Shown here: one piece after another, positions 7,693-15,347 of the stretch | Layout: each line of letters begins with the position of its first letter | Numbering within the stretch: the first letter of the stretch is position 1 | Assembly (NCBI RefSeq): GCF_037902255.1 | Contig: NZ_CP147990.1 | Location: 1,050,001 to 1,082,000 of the forward strand | Reading direction: 5' to 3' | DNA length: 32,000 nucleotides | DNA from: Candidatus Electrothrix sp. GW3-4 | Lineage (GTDB): Bacteria > Desulfobacterota > Desulfobulbia > Desulfobulbales > Desulfobulbaceae | Program-made: the position numbers and the translations under genes | The notes under the pieces: generated by a model | The model's database searches: none | Told to the model about the DNA's origin: nothing | Seen by the model: only the letters and a program-made list of their open reading frames with translations

Positions 7693-10600
7693 TCACTCCA
7701 CCCTCCTCACCCCGGCCCCCTGCACAACACTCTGCCCACCCGTGCCCGGAACCACCTCTAGCTGACAGGCGATCCGCTCCTTAAGAGCCCCCACATGGGA
7801 GATCACCCCGATCAGCTTGCCCTCGCGGCGGAGCCCGGCCAGGGTCTCCAGGGCCGTTTCCAGGGCCTCCTCATCCAGGGCACCAAAGCCTTCATCAAGA
7901 AAGAGGGAGTCCACCCGCACATTGCCGCCCACCATCTCGGAGAGCCCCAGGGCCAGGGCCAGACTGACCACAAAGCTTTCTCCACCTGATAGGTTCTTGG
8001 TGGAGCGGATCTCTCCGGCCTGCCAGGAGTCGATCACGTTGAGTTCCAGGGGCTGGGCCTGATCCCGGACCAGCAGGTAGCGGTCGGTCATCCGGGCCAG
8101 TTGCTCGTTGGCCCGGGAGACCATGAGCTCAAAGGTCAGGCCCTGGGCAAAGTTACGGTATTTTTTGCCGTCTGCCGAGCCGATCAGGTCATGGAGTTCC
8201 TTCCAGCGCAGGCATTCCTTTTTCTGGGCCTCCAGGCCGGTCAGTAGGTCCTGCTGCCGGGCGCGCTGCTCCTTATCCGCCTGTAATTGCTGGTTCAGGG
8301 AACCGATCCGCTCTGTTGCCTGCCTGCGGGCCGTGATCAGCGCTGTATGTTCTTTGCTGAGTTCTTCAGAATCCGTCTCAGTGAGTCGGAGCTGTTCTTC
8401 CTCCTGAAGGCGGGTCTGCCTGTCCTGCAGCCGTTCGTCAAGCCGGGCTCGGCGGTTCTGCAATGCCTCAGCTCGTTTTTGCAGACGGCCCCGTTCCTCC
8501 TCAGGCAGACGTGCGGCCTGCCAGGCCGCCTCATTGGTATACTGGTTTTCCTGCAGCCGTTGCAGGAAGGCCTCCTCCAACCCGGTCAAGGCCTCTGTTC
8601 TCTTGTTGATGGATGCCTCTCGCTCCTTGATCCCGGCCCTGGTTAGCTCGCATTCCCTGAGCAGCTGGGATTGCGTCTTCTGTTCCTGATTTACGCGCTC
8701 TTCAGCCTGGTTACGGGCCGTTGTCAGCTTGCGTTCTTCGGCGTCCGGGTTCTTCTTCTCGCCAAAGAGCTGGAAGCGCTCTTCGCCAAGGGCCTGGCGT
8801 TGCTGGCTGTCCTCGGCTATTGCCTGTTCCAGGTTTGCCAACTGGGCCGCACGTGCGTTCATGCCTGCCTGCACCTCTCGCAGCTCCGTTTGCAGGGCCG
8901 TGATCCGTTCTCCTGCTGCGCTGCAGGCCTTTTGCTGCTGCTGCCAGCAATCTTTGCGGGTGGTCAGGTCGGCAAGGATCTGGGACAGGGCAGGGAGGCG
9001 AAGCTCTGTGATCCCGTATGCTGCCAGTTCTTCCAGGGCCAGGGCGCGGATTTGTTCCAGCTCCTTTGCTGTGGCCTGTTGCTCCTGGCCAAGACGCTGC
9101 TGCTCCTGTTCCGTCTGCTCCTTGACATGAACGGCCCGCTCCTGCTCCTGTATGGTCTGGTTGACCTTGGCCTGCTGCTCCTCCAGGCTCTTGCTGAGTC
9201 GGGCCAGTTTTCTGTCCAGCTGCTCCAGGGCCTCCAGCTGCTGCTGGATGCTGCTCAGCCGTTCTTCAAGCCGACCCAGGCGCGCGGTCAATGCCGAGGG
9301 CGTTTCTTGTTGCAGGCTATTCTCTGCCCCCGGCGCCAGGGCCTCGAATTCGCGGCATTGTTCTGCGATTCGTTCCTCTGCCTCCTGAATGGCCTCTTGC
9401 TTTTCTCGGGTTCGCTCGGCAAGGTTTTGTCCATCCTGGATCAGACGGGCCGCCTGGACCTCGGCCCTGTTCAGCGCCTGTTCCGCCTGCTTTGCAGCTG
9501 TCAGGGCGGCTTGCAGATTTTTTTCATATTCGTTGAGGGGCGGGATATCGCCCGTAGCATAGGGGTGCTCCAGGGCGCCGCAGAGGGGGCAGGGGGTGTT
9601 TTTCCGCAGGTGGGTCCGTTCTTCTTCCAGGTCCCGGATTCGCTTGGCCTGCTCGACCAGGGTCCGTCGGGTTTCCACCTCCTCTTGGGCCTGATCCTGT
9701 TGTTGCCGTAACTGGCGAAGTTGCTGCTCTTGCTCTTTGTTTGCCTCAGCCAGCTCTTTCTGGCGGAGACGGATCTTGGTCAGCTCCTGTTCCACCACTT
9801 CTTTTTTGCGGAGGATTTCCAGCAGACCTCCCAGGATATTGCGCTGCTCAGCAAGGAGGAGCTGTTCCCGGCGCAGCTCCTCCAGTTGCCGTCCTTGCAG
9901 GCGGGCTCCGGCCTCCTCCTGGACCTCTTGCCGTTGCTGGCGAAGAGTGGCAAGATGCTTCTCTGCTGCGGTGCAGGCCTGCACCTTTGCCTGCCAGGCC
10001 TGGGCCGCCAAGCCTGCCTGCTGCTCTGCCTTTTCCAGGGCCGGACCAAGGGCCGCCTGTTTATCAGCAATCTCTCTCAGGCGGGCAAGGGTCTTGCAGA
10101 TGCCTGCCAGATCGCTCATCAGCTGTTCATCCACCTGATGGGCATCCAGATAGGTACGGCTTTGCCTTTGCTGCGCTTGGGCAAGGCTGAGATCCTGTTC
10201 AAACTGAGCAGTCTGTTTTTGTCCTGCGCCGTTTTTTTGTTGGAGATCATGGTGGATAGCCTGTTCTTTACCGATGGCCTGTTCCTTTTCCCGGATGCGG
10301 AGATCCAGCTCCCGGACCTGTTTGAGCAGGCTATGCCCTTGGTCCCAGTTCCTTTGGCAGTGCATGAGCTGATCTTTGCTTCTGGCAAGCCGTTCTTCTA
10401 TCTGGGCAAGGGCCTGTTCCTGGGCTGGTAATCTCTGCCAGAGGGCCTCCACTGTTGCGCGCTCTTCTGCCTGCTGCTCGCGGGTTGCAAGGAGTTGGGC
10501 ATAATCCCCTCCCAGAACCAGGGCCTGTTGGGCTGCCTTGAGTCGGGCCGCATCCTCAGCAAAGGTCTGCTCTTCCTGGGTCAGACCTTCCTGCTCTTTC

Positions 10601-11388
10601 GTTATCCGTTCCAATTCTTCGCGCAGGGCCTTGATCCTGTTGAGCCAGGCCAGGGCTGCGGCCCTTTCCTCCATTGCTGTATTGAGTTGGGTTTCCTCTT
10701 GCCGTTGTTTATCCAATTCCGCCTGGATCGTTGCAGCTTCAGCCGGAGTGAGCAGTTGCATGGATCCAGTCCGTTCCTCCAGTTTTTTTTGTTTCGCTTG
10801 TTCGTCAGTAAAGCGAGCATGGACCCGTTTGGAGATCTCGCTATAGATTGCGCTGCCGGTGATCTGTTCCAGGATCGGGGCGCGTTCATCCTGACTGGCC
10901 TGGAGAAAGGCGGCAAAGCCGCCCTGGGCCAGGAGCATGGAGCGGGTGAAGCGATCAAAATCCATGCCCGTGTATTCTTCCACCTGCTGGGCGACCTCGT
11001 TGGCCTTGGTGGTCAGGATACGTCCGCTCTCTACCTCGGAGAGCTCCCGTTTCGGGGGCTGGAGGGCACCGTCTGCCTGTTTGCGTCCCCTGTGCTGGTA
11101 CCAGGAGGAGCGAAAGATGCCCTTGATGGTGGCGAATTCCACTTCAGCAGAGCATTCCCCGCTCTGGCGGGACATAATCTCGTTGCCGCCCTTGGTTACC
11201 CGATCCAGGCGGGGGGTGCGCCCGTACAGGGCCAGGCAGATGGCATCCAGGATGGTGGTCTTGCCTGCCCCGGTGGGGCCGGTGATGGCGAAGATGCCGT
11301 CGCTCATGAAGGCCGGGTGGGTGAAATCCAGTTCCCATTTGCCGGTCAAAGAGTTGAGATTGTGGAGACGAAGTCGAAGGATGCGCAT
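7693..11388 (-). CDS. sbcC: exonuclease SbcCD, ATPase subunit SbcC (Rad50 family)
   Basis: MRILRLRLHNLNSLTGKWELDF...ITGPTGAGKTTILDAICLALYG (Walker A), a very long Q/E/A/L/R coiled coil, the zinc hook CPLCGALEHPY, C-terminal LSGGESF and LFLDEGFG. The start is placed at ATG 11388; the upstream 28 codons of the ORF track only translate a palindrome. Confidence 0.92.
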   Translation of the reverse strand: MRILRLRLHNLNSLTGKWELDFTHPAFMSDGIFAITGPTGAGKTTILDAICLALYGRTPRLDRVTKGGNEIMSRQSGECSAEVEFATIKGIFRSSWYQHRGRKQADGALQPPKRELSEVESGRILTTKANEVAQQVEEYTGMDFDRFTRSMLLAQGGFAAFLQASQDERAPILEQITGSAIYSEISKRVHARFTDEQAKQKKLEERTGSMQLLTPAEAATIQAELDKQRQEETQLNTAMEERAAALAWLNRIKALREELERITKEQEGLTQEEQTFAEDAARLKAAQQALVLGGDYAQLLATREQQAEERATVEALWQRLPAQEQALAQIEERLARSKDQLMHCQRNWDQGHSLLKQVRELDLRIREKEQAIGKEQAIHHDLQQKNGAGQKQTAQFEQDLSLAQAQQRQSRTYLDAHQVDEQLMSDLAGICKTLARLREIADKQAALGPALEKAEQQAGLAAQAWQAKVQACTAAEKHLATLRQQRQEVQEEAGARLQGRQLEELRREQLLLAEQRNILGGLLEILRKKEVVEQELTKIRLRQKELAEANKEQEQQLRQLRQQQDQAQEEVETRRTLVEQAKRIRDLEEERTHLRKNTPCPLCGALEHPYATGDIPPLNEYEKNLQAALTAAKQAEQALNRAEVQAARLIQDGQNLAERTREKQEAIQEAEERIAEQCREFEALAPGAENSLQQETPSALTARLGRLEERLSSIQQQLEALEQLDRKLARLSKSLEEQQAKVNQTIQEQERAVHVKEQTEQEQQRLGQEQQATAKELEQIRALALEELAAYGITELRLPALSQILADLTTRKDCWQQQQKACSAAGERITALQTELREVQAGMNARAAQLANLEQAIAEDSQQRQALGEERFQLFGEKKNPDAEERKLTTARNQAEERVNQEQKTQSQLLRECELTRAGIKEREASINKRTEALTGLEEAFLQRLQENQYTNEAAWQAARLPEEERGRLQKRAEALQNRRARLDERLQDRQTRLQEEEQLRLTETDSEELSKEHTALITARRQATERIGSLNQQLQADKEQRARQQDLLTGLEAQKKECLRWKELHDLIGSADGKKYRNFAQGLTFELMVSRANEQLARMTDRYLLVRDQAQPLELNVIDSWQAGEIRSTKNLSGGESFVVSLALALGLSEMVGGNVRVDSLFLDEGFGALDEEALETALETLAGLRREGKLIGVISHVGALKERIACQLEVVPGTGGQSVVQGAGVRRVE

Positions 11389-11419
11389 GTTTTTTTGGCG
11401 GGGTGAGGTCGTTTCAGGG

Positions 11420-11447
11420 GTAGGGGCACGGCATGCCGTGCCCCTAC
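11420..11447. repeat. perfect 28-bp GC-rich palindrome in the sbcD-sbcC intercistronic gap
   Basis: GTAGGGGCACGGCA|TGCCGTGCCCCTAC is fully self-complementary. On the plus strand it is followed by GGTTTTTATT (terminator-like for antisense transcription). On the coding minus strand there is no U-run. Confidence 0.8.
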
Positions 11448-11452
11448 GGTTT

Positions 11453-12700
11453 TTATTCAGCCATCGGGTCATCCTGCTCCACGGTCAGGGCAATTTCCTG
11501 ATAGGCAGCCAGCAGGGAAGGACGTTGCTCTGGAGGGATGGCATGGGCATCCAGGCAGCGGCTGAAGACCTCTTCATGGTGGAGATCGGCCAAGGTCTCT
11601 TCGGCCTGGACAGGGTGCAGGGCCTGTTCGATAATGCGGTGATTGCGGATGCGCAGGATCTCCAGGCTGCTGTCTGCTATGATTTCATCAAGACGCTGGC
11701 GCAGATCGGCGATCAACTCCTCGCCCTGATAGATAATCTCCAGCCAGATGGCCCGGCCTTCCAGTTTCAGGGTGGTGAGCTCGGCCTGGATATGGTCCCA
11801 GTCCCCCTGGATGCGCTTGATGGCTTGAAAGACCGGGACGGTCAGCGGGGTAACGGTCGGCGGGCCGGATTCAGGGAACGCAAGCAGACAGACCTTCTTT
11901 TCCTTTTCTGCCTCGCCAAAACCCATTACCAGAGGGGCTCCGCTGTAGCGTCGGGTTTCGTTGCCCCCTACCTTTTGCGGGGCATGGAGATGGCCTAGGG
12001 CCAGGTAATCCAGGCTATCCGGGAAAGCGTCCGCACTCACAGAGGCCAGGGAGCCCACATAGAGATTACGTACCCCGTCGCCTTCCACGGTGCTGCCGCC
12101 AGCGGTGAAGAGATGACCCATCCCGATGATCGGCACCGGACGGGCCAGCTTGTTCCGCTGCTCCTCGGCTTCGGCGCAGACCTCGCTATAATGCTGTTTG
12201 ATGCCCTGGACCAGATCCCGTTCCCGGTCATCCTGGTCCTGTCCGGCGACTGCTGTGCGGATATCCCGGTCGCGGAGAAAGGGCACCGCGCAGATGATGG
12301 CCTCGGGTTCTCCGGCCTGATCTTTGAGGACCAGGACTTCCTCGGCAGGCGAGGAGGGCAGGGCGGCCAGGACGTGGATATTAAGGGCGAGCAGGAGTTC
12401 TCGCGGGGCGCTGAGAAAGGTGGGCGAGTCGTGGTTGCCAGCGGTCACCACCAGATGACGGCAGGACGAGGCAGCAACCCGGCAGAGGAAGTTGTAGTAG
12501 AGCTGCTGGGCCCGGTTGCTGGGGGTGGTGGTGTGGAAGACGTCGCCCGCCACCAGCAGGATGTCCACCTGCTGCTCGACTATGGTGTCGTGGAGCCAGT
12601 TAAAAAAGGCGGTGAACTCGGCGTAGCGGTGGCGTCCGTAGAGGGTGCGGCCTATATGCCAGTCTGAGGTGTGGAGGATACGTAAAGAGGGAGAGCTCAA
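11453..12700 (-). CDS. sbcD: exonuclease SbcCD, nuclease subunit SbcD (Mre11 family)
   Basis: LRILHTSDWHIGRTLYG...LLVAGDVFH...VTAGNHD...GHLH are the calcineurin-like phosphoesterase motifs of SbcD. The start is placed at TTG 12700 (MSSPSLRILHTSDWH), giving 415 aa. The longer ORF-track version (to 12922) runs into the repeat array. Confidence 0.85.
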   Translation of the reverse strand: MSSPSLRILHTSDWHIGRTLYGRHRYAEFTAFFNWLHDTIVEQQVDILLVAGDVFHTTTPSNRAQQLYYNFLCRVAASSCRHLVVTAGNHDSPTFLSAPRELLLALNIHVLAALPSSPAEEVLVLKDQAGEPEAIICAVPFLRDRDIRTAVAGQDQDDRERDLVQGIKQHYSEVCAEAEEQRNKLARPVPIIGMGHLFTAGGSTVEGDGVRNLYVGSLASVSADAFPDSLDYLALGHLHAPQKVGGNETRRYSGAPLVMGFGEAEKEKKVCLLAFPESGPPTVTPLTVPVFQAIKRIQGDWDHIQAELTTLKLEGRAIWLEIIYQGEELIADLRQRLDEIIADSSLEILRIRNHRIIEQALHPVQAEETLADLHHEEVFSRCLDAHAIPPEQRPSLLAAYQEIALTVEQDDPMAE

Positions 12701-12819
12701 TTTTTTTTGAAAAGTTAATTGGTTGGCTGTGCTGTGTTTTTGTCCCGCTGCGGCTGAGATGCGCTCTGCCGCAGCTTGTAGGCGATAAATATACAGAGTT
12801 TTCTCCCACAAAGCACGCC

Positions 12820-13071
12820 GGAATCGGCCCAAAGCACACTGGAATTGCCGTAATTCCAATCGGAATTGCTCTGATTCCAACGTGAATCGATCCAATTCCT
12901 GTTGGAATCGGGTCAAAGTCAACAGGAATTGCCCTGATTCAAATTAACATCAGGCCGATTCAAATTTGATTTGCCTTGATTCCAATTGGAATCGTGTCAA
13001 TGTCAGTCGGAATCGGAGTGATTCCAATTGACATCGGGTTAATTTCAATTGACTTTGGAGTGATGCAAACG
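12820..13071. repeat. array of twelve tandem 21-bp repeats (consensus approx. GGAATYGSNNTGATTCCAATT), non-coding
   Basis: GGAAT-type motifs recur at 12820, 12841, 12862, 12883, 12904, 12925, 12988 and 13009, an exact 21-nt spacing. Degenerate copies sit at 12946, 12967, 13030 and 13051. Most units also carry the inverted half-site ATTCC. GATTCCAATTGGAATC at 12978-12993 is a perfect 16-bp palindrome. Of the frames checked, none stays open across the array: the sbcD frame stops at 12944-12946 and the 12976 ORF frame at 12967-12969. Confidence 0.9.
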
Positions 13072-13114
13072 GCAAAGAAGAACGGGTTGTCCGCTCATGT
13101 ACCGCTTTTCAGAC

Positions 13115-14701
13115 CTATCGATACTTGGTTCGATGTGATTGCCAGGCATAAAATTCTGGATAGAACCTTTCGATTAAGATTTGAACCCCTGTTCTTTTCT
13201 TCGGGTCAGGTTCTTTGAGCCATTCTTTCAAAATGCGAAGCTGGGTCTTTTCGAAATTAACTGTAAAATAAAATTCATAGTCCCGATTTTTTGTAACCAA
13301 CCATTCTTTCAGCTCACGAAGAATGGGGGCGTTAGGGACTAAGATAGAATGGAAAGGTCCGTATGTTTTGATATATTTTTTCCAACTAAAATTAGTGAAA
13401 TTAAAGTGATGTATTTTTTCTCTCAATTCCCCCGCTAAATGCACGAACTGAACCAGCTGGTCTGTCGCGCGTAACGGGTCCTGTCCAGTAAGTTGTTCAT
13501 GTACCACTCCCCAAGCCAGGAGAAACTCCTGCACCGTATAATGACTGAAGCGAAAGGCTCGGTCGGAGTTACGATTCAACAGGGAGCGTCCACCCAATTC
13601 AAATTTTTTCAACCAAGAAATGTTTCTATCAGCAAGAATCAACTGTTGTAATTCCTCTTCACTAATAATTTGTGTTCCCTGTCGCTGCATCTGTTCTGCG
13701 ATTTGCAGACAGACGTTAAACAGTTCCTTACGCTCTGGCACCCGTCGTTGCTCATGTTGTTTTTGCAAATTGCGTACTTCGCGATCAAGCCATTCATTAA
13801 CCAATTCCTGATACACTGTATAGGCATTCCAGTACTCCTGAGGATTATCTACTTCTAGCAGCTTGTCTATATGGCTTAACAACAAGGGCCGCATTCGTAG
13901 ATCCTGCATTTGTTCAAGTAGATGGTCTGCCCACTGCCTTTGCTGTCTGACTTTTCCGCTCCTGAACAACAAACGTTGACTGAAGTTCAGAGGTAGTTTT
14001 TTGTTGATGAATTCTTCTACTTGTTCAGGGGAGAAAGGTGAGAGAAAGAGTACCGGACAGTGATAGCCTGAAAGAACTTTGATTTCCGATCGCCCTCTAC
14101 TTTCTGGTTCCATTTCTGGAAAAAATTGAGTGCGGCTTGAGATGATTACCCGACGGAAGTCCTCGCTGGCACGCAATAATTCGAGTAATCGATTTTTAAT
14201 CCGCTTCCAGGCCTGAGGGTCTTCGTCTAAGGCATCGAGAAGAAGGAAGGTCTTCCCTTTGTTTGGTAACTTACTGATTTCTTCTAAAGTCCCATCGCCT
14301 AGCTTAAACAGCTCGCACTTGTATCTTAGCTGCCAAAAATTGGTCAAATGCATTAGTTTAAGCATTAGGAGAAGTGAGGTTTTTCCCATACCCGCATCGG
14401 AGAGGATGAACATCTGGTGACGACCATCCTTTTCTAGCGGCAATTTGCCCTGAAAAAATTGATTGATTCGGTCAAAGGCAGATTGTCGAGCTGCGGACAG
14501 CAGATCATCCTGATGTGCGTCTGCTGGATTTCGATCCTGCAGGTCAGGCACCACGTATACATCTTTGAGTACGTTGGGATCGAAAATAATGTCTGTTAGA
14601 CGGCCAACCTCCTTGGCTCGCTCACCTCTTAGTTTGGCAAGCTTTTTCCAGAGTGGTTTTATCCAGTCAGTTTTGACAAAGGTCAGCCTTTCCAGAGCCA
14701 T
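13115..14701 (-). CDS. NACHT-family STAND NTPase without a recognisable effector domain (bacterial NLR-like)
   Basis: Walker A SDAGMGKTSLLLML, Walker B TFLLLDALDE, RVIISSRTQ, LSPFSPEQVEEF, RPLLL and FSHYTVQEFLLA occur in NACHT order. AGGGGGA lies 5 nt upstream of ATG 14701. Confidence 0.75.
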   Translation of the reverse strand: MALERLTFVKTDWIKPLWKKLAKLRGERAKEVGRLTDIIFDPNVLKDVYVVPDLQDRNPADAHQDDLLSAARQSAFDRINQFFQGKLPLEKDGRHQMFILSDAGMGKTSLLLMLKLMHLTNFWQLRYKCELFKLGDGTLEEISKLPNKGKTFLLLDALDEDPQAWKRIKNRLLELLRASEDFRRVIISSRTQFFPEMEPESRGRSEIKVLSGYHCPVLFLSPFSPEQVEEFINKKLPLNFSQRLLFRSGKVRQQRQWADHLLEQMQDLRMRPLLLSHIDKLLEVDNPQEYWNAYTVYQELVNEWLDREVRNLQKQHEQRRVPERKELFNVCLQIAEQMQRQGTQIISEEELQQLILADRNISWLKKFELGGRSLLNRNSDRAFRFSHYTVQEFLLAWGVVHEQLTGQDPLRATDQLVQFVHLAGELREKIHHFNFTNFSWKKYIKTYGPFHSILVPNAPILRELKEWLVTKNRDYEFYFTVNFEKTQLRILKEWLKEPDPKKRTGVQILIERFYPEFYAWQSHRTKYR

Positions 14702-14740
14702 TAAGTCCCCCTATACGATGTCTTCAGATGGAACTGCTTG

Positions 14741-15136
14741 TTACAAAACTACATCCCGCTTTCTTTTTAACACCCTCACCCCAACATCCCCCGCAATAAT
14801 TCCTAGATAACTACAGGAAAGATCAATCAAGTCAAAGGTGCGATTCGCAAGAAACATCTGGCTGATTTCTTCCGCCGTAATCGCGATCAAAACGATCAGG
14901 CTACCGACAAAGAAGACCTTCCCGAAAACAAGAAAATGCCTGGGATACAACAACTGATTGGCAAGGAAGGAGGCAAGCGCCAATAGAACGAAATGTCCCA
15001 GTTTATCACCACCAGGAAACAGGTATAACCGACGAATAAAGAAAGGTAAAGTCCCGTGGTTGGCCGCATAGATGATGTAGAGAAAGAAGGCAAGAAAGAG
15101 TACAACGAAGATTGCCCAAAGCCTGCCTGACTTCAT
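14741..15136 (-). CDS. VanZ-like small integral membrane protein
   Basis: 131 aa with about four hydrophobic segments and GGDKLGHFVLLALASF (the DK-x2-H motif of the VanZ family). Its ATG overlaps the stop of the upstream small ORF (ATGA). Confidence 0.6.
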   Translation of the reverse strand: MKSGRLWAIFVVLFLAFFLYIIYAANHGTLPFFIRRLYLFPGGDKLGHFVLLALASFLANQLLYPRHFLVFGKVFFVGSLIVLIAITAEEISQMFLANRTFDLIDLSCSYLGIIAGDVGVRVLKRKRDVVL

Positions 15137-15309
15137 TTTTGCTCAAATTTTAGTTTGTTGTTGATCAATTGCTCTTTTTCAGGACTATACTTTTGAATTT
15201 CAGGAAGGCAGAGTTGTTCCATGTTTTTCATGGCAATATCATCAACCAGCCCGCTTTTGTTCAGATCTCGTACGGTCGTTATGACTGAATCTACAATTGA
15301 TTTTCTCAT
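15133..15309 (-). CDS. 58-aa ORF resembling only the N-terminal half of a COG2944/HigA-MqsA-type antitoxin (HTH part missing)
   Basis: My translation is MRKSIVDSVITTVRDLNKSGLVDDIAMKNMEQLCLPEIQKYSPEKEQLINNKLKFEQK. The pattern DL-x3-G-x-D-x3-M-x2-F/M-x2-LCL-P-x5-SPE precedes the HTH in that family, as I remember it. The ORF is translationally coupled to the VanZ-like gene. It falls below the ORF-track length cutoff. Confidence 0.3.
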   Translation of the reverse strand: MRKSIVDSVITTVRDLNKSGLVDDIAMKNMEQLCLPEIQKYSPEKEQLINNKLKFEQK

Positions 15310-15347
15310 GGTGACTCTTCTGTTGAAAATATCGACGGGTTGCTCTG

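Noticed and set aside
11389-11472. A 28-codon N-terminal extension of SbcC in the ORF track (MTRWLNKNRRGTACRAPTPETTSPRQKN).
   Set aside because: The extension overlaps the sbcD stop and merely translates the 28-bp palindrome. The canonical SbcC N-terminus MRILRLRLHNL begins at ATG 11388.
7795-11998. Many long plus-strand ORFs inside sbcC/sbcD (e.g. 8671..9711 at 346 aa, 9721..10431 at 236 aa, 10495..11406 at 303 aa, 10937..11998 at 353 aa).
   Set aside because: They are antisense shadows of a GC-rich, Leu/Gln/Ala/Glu-repetitive coiled-coil gene. Their translations are low-complexity (L/Q/G/C/S-rich) with no motifs. The minus-strand SbcC/SbcD reading has all the catalytic motifs.
12701-12922. 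A 74-codon N-terminal extension of SbcD with striking heptads (TRFQQEL DRFTLES EQFRLEL RQFQCAL GRFRRAL).
   Set aside because: The heptads are the 21-bp DNA repeat read in one frame. That frame hits a stop (12944-46) inside the array, the proposed start is a TTG with no RBS, and SbcD homologs start at MRILHTSDWH.
12820-13071. The repeat array as a CRISPR array, or as a CsrB/RsmZ-like GGA-rich sponge RNA.
   Set aside because: It is not a CRISPR, because the units are contiguous with no unique spacers and no cas genes. The sponge-RNA idea (about 10 GGA motifs on the plus strand) lacks any recognisable promoter or terminator on either side, and the GGA motifs would sit in stems rather than loops. 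It is kept only as a remote alternative.
12976-13218. An 80-aa plus-strand ORF (MIPIGIVSMSVGIGVIPIDIGLISIDFGV...).
   Set aside because: The first half is again the repeat array read as heptads. The second half is antisense to the 3' end of the NACHT gene. There is no RBS.
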